The notes below the pieces were generated by a model. That model did no database searches. It was given only the letters and a program-made list of their open reading frames with translations, and had not been told where the DNA came from. This document shows positions 33,667-45,455 of a DNA stretch of 64,000 nt, in pieces (the first letter of the stretch is position 1; each line of letters starts with the position of its first letter). The DNA is from Fistulifera solaris (taxonomy: Eukaryota): positions 1,054,001 to 1,118,000 of the forward strand of contig AP026126.1 in assembly GCA_030295235.1 (NCBI GenBank). Direction: 5' to 3'. The position numbers and the translations under genes are program-made.

Positions 33667-35257
33667 TTACTCGGGTAAGAAGTGTCCTCCCGTACGGTTA
33701 TAGTGGTCAACAAAACAAAGAGATGCTTGTAAGCGCTGTAGCTCTGAACGCGTGAGGCTCGCCTTCTTCTGCAAATCTATTGAACGAATGTTATACCGTC
33801 GAGCTTCATTGTCTTTAACTGTACCCTTTTGCGATCCTCGTGATCCTCCGGGTTGAAAGCTATTACGCTGGGCATTTTGAAAACGCCAGGAGTGATGGAA
33901 TTGTTTGATACTATGGATTTCTTCGTCGTATGCTTCCGCAGGCACAAGGCACATTTAGGGCCGAACATGCAAGGGCGTTCAGATCCTTTTAACCATTCTT
34001 TTCTACCACCCACCATATTTTTCGGTCGCACATTGCCGATACTTCCAATTGTATTGGTGTCACGCCAGCTTGCAAGCCCAACTTTAGCTGTCTCATCTGC
34101 AATTCTTTGTCTTGCTCCATTTCACGAAATCTCACGAGACATTCGCTTTCACGAAGTGCAGCTAAGGCTTTTAGACTCTTTTTGAATTCTCTTATGTCAT
34201 CCTCGACATCTGTATCCTCCACGACTTCGTACTTTTCAAGTTCCTTGAGCTTTCTTTGAATAGCATTCATTGCCGACTCGATCGTGTTCCCGAAATTGAC
34301 TTTTTCAATCATTTCATTCTGTTTCGCACGATTTTCGTAATCACTAACCAGTTCTGCCGCCGATAAGCAGTACATGACGTTTTCTTCCGGTAAATTGTCA
34401 AAAAATTTAATCGTAGAATGCATTTGTTCGGTATTCATATTCTCTTCTGTTTCGGTCGAAATATCCGTATCTCCAAGTAGAAAGCTGTTAAAAGCATGTT
34501 GAGTGTCAACATGCGCTGTTAATGCGGGACCTTTCCACTTTCCCAGAGATGGACGGACCCGAACCGGGGAGCTAATTGCTGTTGCCGACACAACTTGTGA
34601 CCTTGTCCTAGGCCGTGATAATGATGGCTCTTTGAACTCACTGGTTGTGTTTCGGAACGAAGTTGACAGCGAAGTGGGGGTTACCTCTGCTGTTCTCTCG
34701 GAATTTAGCACATTAAGATCGTTTTTGCTTGTCGTCGCCGTAGCCCGACTACGCGTTTCTCGTGTATCCTCTTCAATATCATCAACTTCGATATCTAGTT
34801 TTGGCTTTTTACATCTCAATTCTGTAGATTGAAAACCATCGAAATTCAGTTCGTGACGATCCTTTGTGGTTATCAACCTTGCCTGGCTGCGAGTAATTCT
34901 TATGTCATCTTCATTCCCTTTGGTCTCTGTATCTAATTGTCGCTTTTTTGATCGTAGCTTGGATGATTGAGATCTGTTGCAAGTTGTGCTTGTCGTGGCT
35001 GGCTTGCTACGAGTTATTCGTCCACTATCTACGCTCTCATAAGTCTCTGCGTCTAATACGCCTTTTCTCGACCTTATGAGAATACCATCGGCATCCGCCC
35101 GTGTTTTTTTATCGTCAGATGGAGGGAGGACCTTCAATATCTTGCGGAGCAGCCGGGAAACGATGCTGGTCCCCTTCTGTTCGACGGCAACAGCTTCGTT
35201 TGACCGCGCTTTCCGCGTCTTCACTGCACTGGACGTGCTTTCATTCGTATTCCCCAT
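33667..35257 (-). CDS. Hypothetical basic protein with internal R(I/E)TRS repeats and coiled coil; 3' end uncertain
   Basis: 422-aa ORF 33989..35257; downstream same-strand ORFs (33777..34031, 33667..33954) may be joined by an intron or frameshift. Confidence 0.55.
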
Positions 35258-35572
35258 CCTATGGATTGAGACGACTGATATATGAATGGATTTTTCAGTT
35301 AATAATAGAGCACGATGTTATTGTTGTGATTTGTGTTCATCCTGATTGATGTATTCTGCAGATCGAATGGCGACGAAAATACGGAGGAACGTGACTCGCG
35401 ATTCACGATCACAGTAGATTTGATGTCGGACGGAAAACAGACGCAAATTTCACACAAACCACGGAAAAAATCAGTGAAGAAGAAAAAAATAGCGGAATGT
35501 GAAGAAAAAATGAAAGACAATGAAAACATAGAACTGCAACGTTCAAAAGAGGAAAGATAAAGTACTGCACCC

Positions 35573-37256
35573 ATGAGCGACCAGACCGATACAACTTCCC
35601 GTCAACCCGACTCCGACGGTGATCGCTACCATCTATTGATTGAGTTTGCTCATAAACATCTCGACTTCCAAATTGCTGAGCTCGAATCTGTACTAGATAT
35701 GCACGGTATTTCGCTGGGCGATGACGAAGAGTGTCGCATTATTGCGTTACCGAATGCACAAATTTCAAAGTTGAAAACGCGTCACAACAAGACAGTGCAA
35801 GTACACCGCGTCAAGGACTCAGGAAGCGGGGCAGCAACGTCACGACGCCCTTTTCTCATTCTTTCTTGGCCTCTTACGTCCAAGTGGATACCCAGCAATG
35901 ATGAAACTCAAACCAGCAACATTGCGTCCTTTATTCTTGAAAGATGTACTTTGGTCAGAAATGTCATGGAGTTATGGGGCATGGCAACTTCTATTGAAGA
36001 ATGTGCCGTGGCAGCTAAAGAATGGATACAAAACAATACCCTGGGCAAACGGATCTTTTCCCGAGTTGCTCCTGAATCCTGGAAACTTACTGTTCATACA
36101 CTGGGGGCAAAGTATACTTACGAAGAGCAAGGCGTGATGCGCAGCCATGTTTCCCATTTGGGATTTTCGGGACCTGTCCAAATGAAAGATCCCGCCAACG
36201 AGTATGTTTTGATACACGAAATCGAGCTTAATGAGACAGGAAGTCCTCTTTACCCGAGACACAGCCCAGAAGGCAAAATCATTCCCGAAAACGATGCTCG
36301 ACCTCCGATTGCCTGCTATTTCGCTCGAACACTGTGTGGAACTCGCCAACACAAAGGACGTGGTAAAGAAAAGTTCAGTTTGAAAAATCGAACTTATCTG
36401 GGGCCTACAAGTATGGATGCCGAGTTGAGTTCCATTATGACGAATCTGGGACACTGCAAGAAAGGAACCATTGCTTTTGATCCTTTTGTCGGCACTGGAT
36501 CCATTCTTCTGTCATGTGCTCTGCGCGGAGCTTTTGCATTGGAACCGATATTGATTTTAGAATCTTGAAGGGGAGAAGTAAGGACGAAAACATTGAGTCG
36601 AACTTTCGTCAATTTAATCTGCCGAAACCAGAGCTCATTCGAAGTGATAACTCCATTTATCATCGCCACTTTCGTACGACGCACCCCATGTATGACGCGA
36701 TCATCTGCGATCCTCCTTACGGTATCCGCGCTGGGGCCAGAAAAAGTGGGTCTCGCCTGGCTGATCCGAAGCCTGTACCGGAAAATCAGCGCCACGACCA
36801 TATTGCGCAGACGCGTCCTTACCCAGTGTCCAATGTCATGGCGGATCTTTTGGATGTAGCAGCGAGAAATTTAGTTCTCGGAGGTCGACTGGTATATATT
36901 ATTCCATCGTACGCTGACTTTGACGACGAGTGTGATCTTCCTCGTCATGAATGTTTGCGTATCGTTCACATCTGTTATCAACCTTTGGGATCAGAGCTAG
37001 GACGCCGGATGGTAACTATGGAGAAGATAGGCGAATACGATGTCTTCAAAAGGGAATCACATTATCTTGTTTCGATATGGATTAACGGTCCTGAGAGTGC
37101 TGAAAAATGTGCTAATATACGAGAAAAGATCCTTGAGAACGCAAAGCTCAAGCCTGAGTACGAATCGAAGTCAGAAATACGTAAGCAGAAGCGAAAGGCA
37201 AACAAGGAGGCAAAAGAATTGCTAAACGCGCCGCTGCTGATAGCTCTACGAACTGA
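35573..37256 (+). CDS. TRM11: tRNA (guanine(10)-N2)-methyltransferase Trm11 (2 apparent frameshifts)
   Basis: HLDFQIAELES, RTYLGPTSMDAELS, FDPFVGTGS, GTDID, DAIICDPPYGIRAG, LGGRLVY. One extra A at ~37212-37215 gives a stop at 37254-37256. Confidence 0.92.
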
Positions 37257-37260
37257 AAAC

Positions 37261-39724
37261 TTATTTCATGAAACGACCCAGAGGAAATTTGATCGAGGCT
37301 GCAATGCTGTAAGCGTCCTCTTTGTCATAGGACAAGAATATTTCGGTTCTCGAAGACGAATAGTGTCCTCACGTTGCCTCTGCCCGTGTTCGTAGATCAT
37401 GCCAATATCGCGCAGAAACGATATGTTATTGTAAAAGATATTGACTCCTCCGCTCGAAGCTTGCCAATATTATCGAAGCCGGCGGTCTTGGCTGTCGAAT
37501 CCTCACAATTGGCTACAATACTAACAAAAACAGAGAGCATCCGTTCTCCTGGAAAATATCTACGTTGAAGCGATTTCGACTCTTCTTCATTAGAACCGAA
37601 AGCAATTTCCTCGTCGTAATCGCGATGAATAGATTTGCGACGTCGTTTGCCATTTTTCTCGATACTGAGAAGTTCTTTGTCGCGATCTGGACTGTTTACC
37701 TGGCAGAGAAATGCAGCGAGAAGCAAGTACTTCGCCATGACAGGAAGCTCGTGAATATGACCCGCGCGTACATTGTCTCCTCCGCTATCAGGAATAACAA
37801 GTGCATTCGCAGATAGTCCTTTTCCATAAACGTTCGGAGGCGAGGCTGAAATTTTTGTCCAAGACGGCTATAACTTTCTCGGGCTCTATTTGCTCTTCCG
37901 TGGACCCGCCGTTTGCCGAGTTGAGGGTTTTTCGGAGGTTTCTTTCCTGCAATGGCTCCGTGTATTGGAGCCAAAATGAACGGCAGATGCTGGTATATTC
38001 TCTGATGTCGACCGTGATATCGTGCACCGATCTGATCATGTTATCTAGAAAGGCTTCATAAAGTACACTAGCAAAGTTGTTTTCATTTCGCTCTTGTTCT
38101 GCATCACCCCTTATCATTGACTGAATGTGTCTAGTCAACATTATCTTCATCAGAGAAAGAATGAATACGTGTCTGTGAGAAGTAATTTCAATATAGACGG
38201 AACGCAGTATCAAACTTACCCTTTTAATCTTTCGTTTATCTTTGTACGCCGCAAAATGGAAATGTGCTGGTTGAAAGTAATCCCCTAAGGTTTCCATGGG
38301 GTCAAGATGCAGCCCTGCAATTTTGGAAGCACATTAGATTAGTTTTATGTATTTTACTTGTCGGCATATCGGCATTATTCGTAACAACTTACGGCTGTAT
38401 TCTAATAGTAAGCTTTTCGATATAAAGATGATCGACAGGTTGAGCTCGAGTAATTGTGGAAGAAGCAGAATCTGAGAAAGAAAATTCACACGTTGTTCGG
38501 GACTTTTGTGAGAATTCATCGATAACATTCTTTCTGCATTATCCAGTACGAGAACTCCACAACGAGCACCTCGAAACAATATTTTCAAATCACATCCCAA
38601 ATTCCAAACCGACATGCTAGTCGATGATGCTCCTGTGCCATATGTAGACTCTCGTCCTAGCGATACACCTTTGTTTTTCTGCAATCTCTTCCTTTCTCTT
38701 TCCTCGCTCTGAAAATCGTAAGAGAACGAATGTTCGCGATCCTGTGGATGTAACTCTGCTATACTGTCAGCGCTTTTGTAGTATAAATCGTTTGCTGTTC
38801 AATTTATCACTCACCGTCGCCTTCACTCATAATTGAACTAATGTATTGACCTCTCGCATCACCGCCAAGTTCGCCGCTTTCAGTAATGCTGCTCGCAAAC
38901 TCTCGATAAACTTTCCGGCACAAACTATCAATGGACGAATCATCCAAGGCCGCACAATTGACATAACTATCCAAATAGATTGCACGGCGTTGAACTCCAT
39001 CGACCCTTTGTTTTACATAGTCCACACACGCTCTCACAACGGCTGTTTTCCCTACCCCAGCTGGACCTGTCACAGACACAGGGGCCGGTACGAACGAGTT
39101 GTTGATTTGAGCTGCCCCTGCCTTTAAGTAGGCCGTTAGCTTTCTTATTTCCGATTCACGGAAGGGAAATTGAACAGACAAAGTTTCGAAAGAAGGTTTC
39201 ACGCAAGTAGAAGTTTTCTTAACGTCTCTCATGTTGTGCGAGGTTGGGAGAAGCATTCCTCGTTTATTTACGTCGAATTGTTCTTTTGCGGTTGCTGCAG
39301 CCGCTTTACGCTTCGGTGCCATTGCTTTATTAGATATTCCCATTCCATATTCTAGACCGATGCGAGAGAGAAAAGCCTTATTTCGCTGCTCATTTTTGGC
39401 TCGTCTTTGCAGCAATGATAATTTATTGTCGTCGACATCCGGAGACATGAGCGATTCTGCGTCTTGATCTAACGAGCCTGTGCTGCTCCGAGTAGCCGGT
39501 GTTGATATTTTCCGTGTATTATCCTCGCTTTCTTGTGTATAAAAGAGGTGTTCATTATCATTCAACTCATATTTGTCATCTAATGGATTCTCAAAAGATA
39601 GTGTAGACGCACGAGCGCTATCATGTGACGAGAATAAGCCTTGACCTGTGGCAGTAGCATCATTCGACTCCTCTTGTGTCGCGTACAAGAGAGGATCGTC
39701 CGACTCGCAGAGAGAAGCGTCCAT
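37261..39724 (-). CDS. ORC5: Origin recognition complex subunit 5 (multi-exon, several apparent frameshifts)
   Basis: FPFRESEIRKL, TGPAGVGKT Walker A, YVNCA, VLVLDNAERM, HFAAY, KYLLLAAFLCQVN..DRD, C-terminal PKYSCP...SIAASIKFPLGRFM. Confidence 0.85.
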
Positions 39725-40121
39725 GCTTTTCAGTGTCAGCAAACGACTGTCTTTGCGAGTCGTCGTATTAATCGTCAAACTACACAATGCAAAAGGTGAA
39801 AAGCAATACGAAGTAAGCCGTTGCTGTGGTGCTTCACGTGATTTGATAAGAAAATGAAACGTGGCTTTAGTGCGAGAAAAATAGCCTACAATCGCCTACA
39901 ATAGAGATGGGGCTATGTAATCAAAGCGTTGGTACGACACAAGGTGTTTTCAAGCTATACAAAAGGAGTGTGAGAGGAGAACGAAAAGAACAAACCCATC
40001 ACAAAACGAAAGTACTCGCCGAGGTATCTTTTTCAATTCCGTCGTTGTCGTGTTCTTTTTCATAAAAATATGTTTATTCTTCATTCTTTGTTGACAGCCA
40101 CACGTTGTAAAACAAATACAA

Positions 40122-42097
40122 ATGAAGTCAATAGAGCTAGTAGTTGCTGGACTAATGTCGAACGCCGCACAAGAGGCCGTTGCGTTCTCAATCGCACCTT
40201 TCGCCCGCTCGTCGTATGATCTTCGAAACGTCTTGCAATCGTCAACATCCGAATGGTCCGTCACGGATAACTGGGAAGATCTTTCGCAAGAAAACCTACG
40301 AAACTCTGCGTTGACTAGTAATGACATTTTTCATCAAGATCTAGCTTGGAAAGCTGCAGTACAACTGGAACAACAACAATCCGCGAAAAGCATTTCCGCA
40401 GAAGAAGATCAAGCTCTTCAAACAACCATTAGTCAAATTATGTCCGATCACGACGAATTAGAGGCCTACGAATCGATAAATCACCACGTTGATTACTTCG
40501 AAGAAGAACTTGGCCGAGAGATATCTTTGCTGGTCCGATGCAATGAAAGTCCTGAAGAGATGCTGACACGCGAAGGAAGATTGATGCCTTCCGCTCTTTC
40601 TCTAAAGGAAAAGAATGACCCCGCGCAACTTGTGGTCTGGATAGAAAACGGTGATAACCACGATTCTATGGCGAATGGCACTAAAGGGACTACCTCTACG
40701 AACTGGAAGATGACATCATTCTTCCAAAAAAGCCGTTGAGGACATCTTTTTCAACATGCTACAGAGCAAGTCATGGACTGTACGGCAGTCGCATCCTGGA
40801 TGCGAAAGAGTCTGCAAGATGAACAGATAGGCCCCCACGATGGGAGAGTCAGGTCCACTATATCATTGCATGGCACGTATGGCAAGGGATTTTTGACACT
40901 AGATAACTTTTGTCAACTCTATTTGGCTGCAGTGGTCGGCACTAGCCCCTTCCTGGACAAGGATAACTCGCATCCTTATCAGACATTGGAACGGCGTCAA
41001 TCCAGTATACAAGCCGTGTGGAGGGACATTCGGAAACATGGAATTATGTCCCCTAATGAAGAAGAGTTTCAGCAGAAATTTATGGAATTTCGCAATACTT
41101 TAGACCTTCACGTCGACTCAGACTCGGAGATGATAATGGATGAGTGCGAAATAACCGACGAAGTCATTCATGTATCTCAAACGACCGATAAGGAGGGGAG
41201 AAGTAGTTATGAACTGGTTGAGCTTGCTCAGGACCGTCAAAGCCCGCTTTGGATGAACGACGGTAATTTTGGTACGTCCTGCTTTCTAACGATGATCGAG
41301 ATGTCGCATTAAGCTTCACTTACTCTATTTTCTAGTTTTCATTGATGAGGAATCATGCATTGGATGTACCCAGGTAAGAAGTTGCGTGGAAATGTTGCTG
41401 TTCTTCGTCAGCTAATTTATAATGCCCCGTCCTTTCCTGTCTATTGGCAGTGCGTGTCCGCAGCTCCCGCTTCGTTTCGAATGGTCGAAAATGGAAGAGC
41501 TAGAACCTACTCACAGAAAATTAGCCCCGATATATCTGCAGCAGTTGCCACATGTCCGGTTGATTGCATGCATTTCGTGTCCTTCGATGAGTTGAAAGAA
41601 TTGGAAACAGCCAGGGATGTTGGAGATGGAAGAGACGATCACCGACACTTTGGTAACAGTCCAACCTTGGGTTATATTGGCCGAACGCCTTTGCATGTTA
41701 GCAGGAGAGGAACTGACGCAAATCACCGCAGTTCTTGGTATCAGTAAGTACAGCGTATTACGGCTGGATGTGGATATGCAATCAGCGAGAATTCTAACAT
41801 TTGCTCTGCTATCGCTCTACGAACCAGCTATCTGAAGAACAAGTGCCAAAGTAAGTAGCTATCAGTTTGAACTCCTTTAACCATCAAGCACATGATACAC
41901 TAATGGTCGATTTTGCGTTCGTTGAACCAGCATCCACACAATGCCCTCAGCGTGGCTGTTACGACTGTCATCGCTATTCCGAACCAGGTGCCAATCCATA
42001 CTTTCAACAGCGCGTCAAGGAATCAACCCATCAGCGAGCGCAATATTTCATGGCAAAAGGAATCGCAGACCCGTATCGTAAAACAGCCGAATTGTAA
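40122..42097 (+). CDS. Probably plastid-targeted protein with single-cluster ferredoxin domain (Fer4_13/15 type) and Cys-rich C-terminus; multi-exon
   Basis: Spliced reading FIDEESCIGCTQ|CVSAAPASF...AVATCPVDCMHFV; C-terminal KC..|..CPQRGCYDC; presequence AVA-FS; short exons ~41336-41373 and ~41829-41850. Confidence 0.75.
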
Positions 42098-42116
42098 ATT
42101 CACCAAAACAGTTACA

Positions 42117-43011
42117 TTAGCCTTCAATACTTCCTACTCTCGTGTAAGAAGATGACTCGTCTAATGTGAATGTGTAATCGAAAGTGTTATCAAACCAGAG
42201 TGCGTTGACGTAAATCGCAACGCTTGCACCTAGAACAGAGCCGGCCGTCACATCGGCTGGAAAGTGTTTGTTATCGTGCACTCGACTCGCAGCCACAAAC
42301 AACGCCAATGCAATGGGAAGTAATGACAAGATGGAAATAGCACGATAAAATAGCGGAGGTTTGGAGTAAGCCGTTTGGCAGCGCGCAATCCGGCTTCCTT
42401 CTCCCGCAAAAATGACGGTCTGTTCCACTTTTCGAATACTTCGGAGACCGAACTGCTGATGGATAAAGAGCGCCAGCAACGTCAACCCACAAAGGACGTC
42501 GATGCGTGTCCCGAAGGAAACGATTTACGTGCATCATCGGCATCAGCCCCCAAACAGTATTCGTAATTTTCATCCGGTTCACAAAGTTGATAGAAACTGG
42601 GTCGGAGATAACCACAAAGACTTTCATCGACTCCGTCGCCAGATCATTCAGGGCATGCGCTACAGCATACGAGCACACTGTTCTGTGAATCCCATCCAAA
42701 GTTCCGAATCTAGTGCACTTTGTCACGAGAAACAGTTGCAAGAGACCCGGCAAGATCAAACCCAAGAGGAAAAGCCACGTGTTTGATACAGTGTCACCAT
42801 CGAACTGTTCATTGATCGACAAATTGAGAACGTATTCACCCGATTCCAGCAACTGATAAGGAATAGGCCGCTCATGCACAGGAAGAAAATGCAAGAGGAA
42901 AGAACCAAACCCGAGTGCCAGAGAAATACACAACTCAATGACTTGATCCTTGGATAATTGCTGCAAACTCCAGCTTGTAACGGCTCTATCTCGTCCGATT
43001 GTGGCTTCCAT
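42117..43011 (-). CDS. PAP2-family lipid phosphate phosphatase (apparent frameshifts)
   Basis: TESMKVFV, SFPSGHAS (alternative frame ~42500-42525), SRVHDNKHFPADVTAG; several TM helices. Confidence 0.88.
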
Positions 43012-43453
43012 GACTGTGTCAACGCGATCGATAATCTTACTCTGTTGACTGGACTAGCAATGTGAGGACATGAAAGTCTTGTGCGAGTCGATGATGATAA
43101 GTGATAAGTTATTTTGTCTTTGAGGCCACTGAATTCGCCGAGGTGAATGATGATGGAGATTCCGTTTTTCGTCCTTGGAATCGAGTAAGGCGTTTGTATC
43201 GTTTCAAAAGAGTCTAAAGTCCAAGTGTACACAAACCATCGCTAAACGTGTCGTTCCGGGTTTTAAATCTCTAGCAAGATTGTCCTTTTCTAATAAAATT
43301 CGTCGACGCATTCATCACAAAATAATGATGCAAAAAGTAATAGGATCTAATTTGTTTGTATGGAATACTGCTTCAATCACATTGCGGTATCAGTGCGAAA
43401 GAGCCGGAAAGGCGGAAATTCATGAGCATGCTCTATAGGTTGGAGATGCGTAT

Positions 43454-43476
43454 TCATGACTGAAATGCAATCGTGG
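43454..43476. promoter_or_regulatory. Dyad motif TCATGACTG-N5-CAATCGTGG
   Basis: In the divergent PAP2/AAA_26 intergenic region; a near-exact reverse-complement copy lies at 11466-11487. Confidence 0.45.
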
Positions 43477-43709
43477 TTTCTTAAACAGACACTTTGGGCT
43501 ATAGTACAGGCCAGGGAAGAGAGATAAGAGACTGGTGGTCTCTAGCAACACAGCTTGTGGTGTCGGAAAAGCAACCGGCGAATTCATTGCAATAAAATAA
43601 TAATGATAAAAAGTGATTGCCTGTTGTAATCCTTTTGGATGCAGTAGTTCGAAACAAGCTCAACGTAAAGCACTTACCGCTTAATTTGATAGCACTACAA
43701 TTTGATTTG

Positions 43710-45197
43710 ATGAAAATGAATGAAACGTTGACTCGTTTCTTCGGTTTTGATCCCCACGATATTTCACGAATCGCTTGGTTTGATGATTATTCGGAAGATG
43801 ATTTTCGGACTGCAGTTGGCCTCGTATTGAATTATTCTTCTTGGAATCGAGACATTGTCCATGCGTCCGATGAAATTCGAGATGACTACCTACAAAGTAT
43901 AGGGGAACGTGTACTGGATGGACTTTCCTGTCGGAAATTTGTTGTTTCCCGGCAGATTGATGAATGCGACGACACGATGGAACACTTCATTTGCGATAAT
44001 GATTACTTTGAAAGTGGAAGAAACAAGCAACAAATACCACCGGAAAGCCTTCCTGTATTTTCCCTGGTCGTAGCGAAAAACGATGTGTTATTGACTACAA
44101 GCTACATCACGACCGTGTCGTCGCGTTCCATTTTGAATTCGCTTGCCACTTTTTCGGATGGGACGAACGAATTGGACCAGAAACTTTCAGTTATCAATGA
44201 CATCTGTAGCTTAATTGGTACCCAGGTGGACCAAATAGCACAAGAATATGATGTTGAGGTCGATCTCTCGCAATCGTCTGAGACTGTCCGGATTTTTATT
44301 GCTGGTGATCGCTCGTCGGTCGGCAAGTCGAGTGTCTGCTTGGGTCTTCTCGGTAATTTACTGCAGCAAGGGTACAAGCCGGAGGAACTGGCGTATATTA
44401 AGCCTGCGACACAGAGTGAGTCGACACAACTGGTTCAGCTTTACTGTGACAAACATGGCATTGCATGCGTTCCCATCGGTCCGTTGGTATACTATCGAGG
44501 ATTCACGCGGGCGTTCTTAGCTGGTGAAACTCAATCGACCGAAGAACTTCTGGATATGTGTGGACGGTCTGTGGATCGGATTGCGGTCGGAAAGCGCGTA
44601 GTTTTGGTAGACGGTGTGGGCTTTCCCGCTGTTGGGTCTATTTGCGGAACCGACAACGCATCCGTTCTGAAAGCTTGCAGTTATCCGGTTCTCAATGAGA
44701 ACAACGATATCATTTCACGGAAGCCCATGGCAGTGGTACTGGTGGGTGGGGGTGGGGTAGGAGGCGCTGTTGATGCCTTCAATCTCAATGCTACTTACTT
44801 TTCTTCGGCAGGCGTTACAGTGATAGGGGGTATTTTCAATAAGCTTGCCATAGATGGCTTTTACTCACTTGAAAACTGTAAGAGTCAAGTGACAAGATAT
44901 TTTGACTCGAATGAAGAACAATTACGTCAAGGAAGGCGGCCATTCGGTTTTGTTCCGGTCTTTCCACCGCTCTCACTTCCTGACGCCATGCAACACGTCG
45001 ATGAATACATTAAGCTTTTTGGAGTTCATGTTGATATTCACTCACTTCTTCTTAGCGCGCGGCAAGTCAGAGATGATGCCAAGGCTTCTGACATTCCGAA
45101 ACTGCAAATACTGAAGATGCAAAGACCGGCAAAGTCTCGAAGCCGGGCGGATATCGAAACGAGTGCTGTTAATGCGGGTGCTGCACCATCGGCGTGA
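43710..45197 (+). CDS. BioD/CobQ-like P-loop ATPase (AAA_26) with unknown ~185-aa N-terminal domain
   Basis: RIFIAGDRSSVGKSSV...AYIKPATQ...VLVDGVG...GGGVGGAVD...GGIFNK is the dethiobiotin-synthase/Pta-N/CobQ superfamily pattern. Confidence 0.75.
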   Translation: MKMNETLTRFFGFDPHDISRIAWFDDYSEDDFRTAVGLVLNYSSWNRDIVHASDEIRDDYLQSIGERVLDGLSCRKFVVSRQIDECDDTMEHFICDNDYFESGRNKQQIPPESLPVFSLVVAKNDVLLTTSYITTVSSRSILNSLATFSDGTNELDQKLSVINDICSLIGTQVDQIAQEYDVEVDLSQSSETVRIFIAGDRSSVGKSSVCLGLLGNLLQQGYKPEELAYIKPATQSESTQLVQLYCDKHGIACVPIGPLVYYRGFTRAFLAGETQSTEELLDMCGRSVDRIAVGKRVVLVDGVGFPAVGSICGTDNASVLKACSYPVLNENNDIISRKPMAVVLVGGGGVGGAVDAFNLNATYFSSAGVTVIGGIFNKLAIDGFYSLENCKSQVTRYFDSNEEQLRQGRRPFGFVPVFPPLSLPDAMQHVDEYIKLFGVHVDIHSLLLSARQVRDDAKASDIPKLQILKMQRPAKSRSRADIETSAVNAGAAPSA

Positions 45198-45455
45198 AGC
45201 TTAAAGTAGGCCTACGTGACAGAACGAAGAGGTGACTAAAAAATTCGCCTTAGAGGAGAATCTATCCTGGATGAATGATGCTCTGTTGTTGAAATGAAAT
45301 GAGACGCATGGCTGAAAACTCTCCTCGACTTTAAGATGATTGTGCCACGCGGCCTCCAAATACTGACTCTGTAGGATATAGAGCACCAATATGTAAAGGA
45401 GACTGTAGACATATTTACATAATAGGCAATGGCAGCTCTGACTTTCAATTATTCT

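Noticed and set aside
35333..35560. 75-aa Lys-rich ORF upstream of TRM11
   Set aside because: No ATG-supported domain; lies in an A-rich divergent intergenic region.
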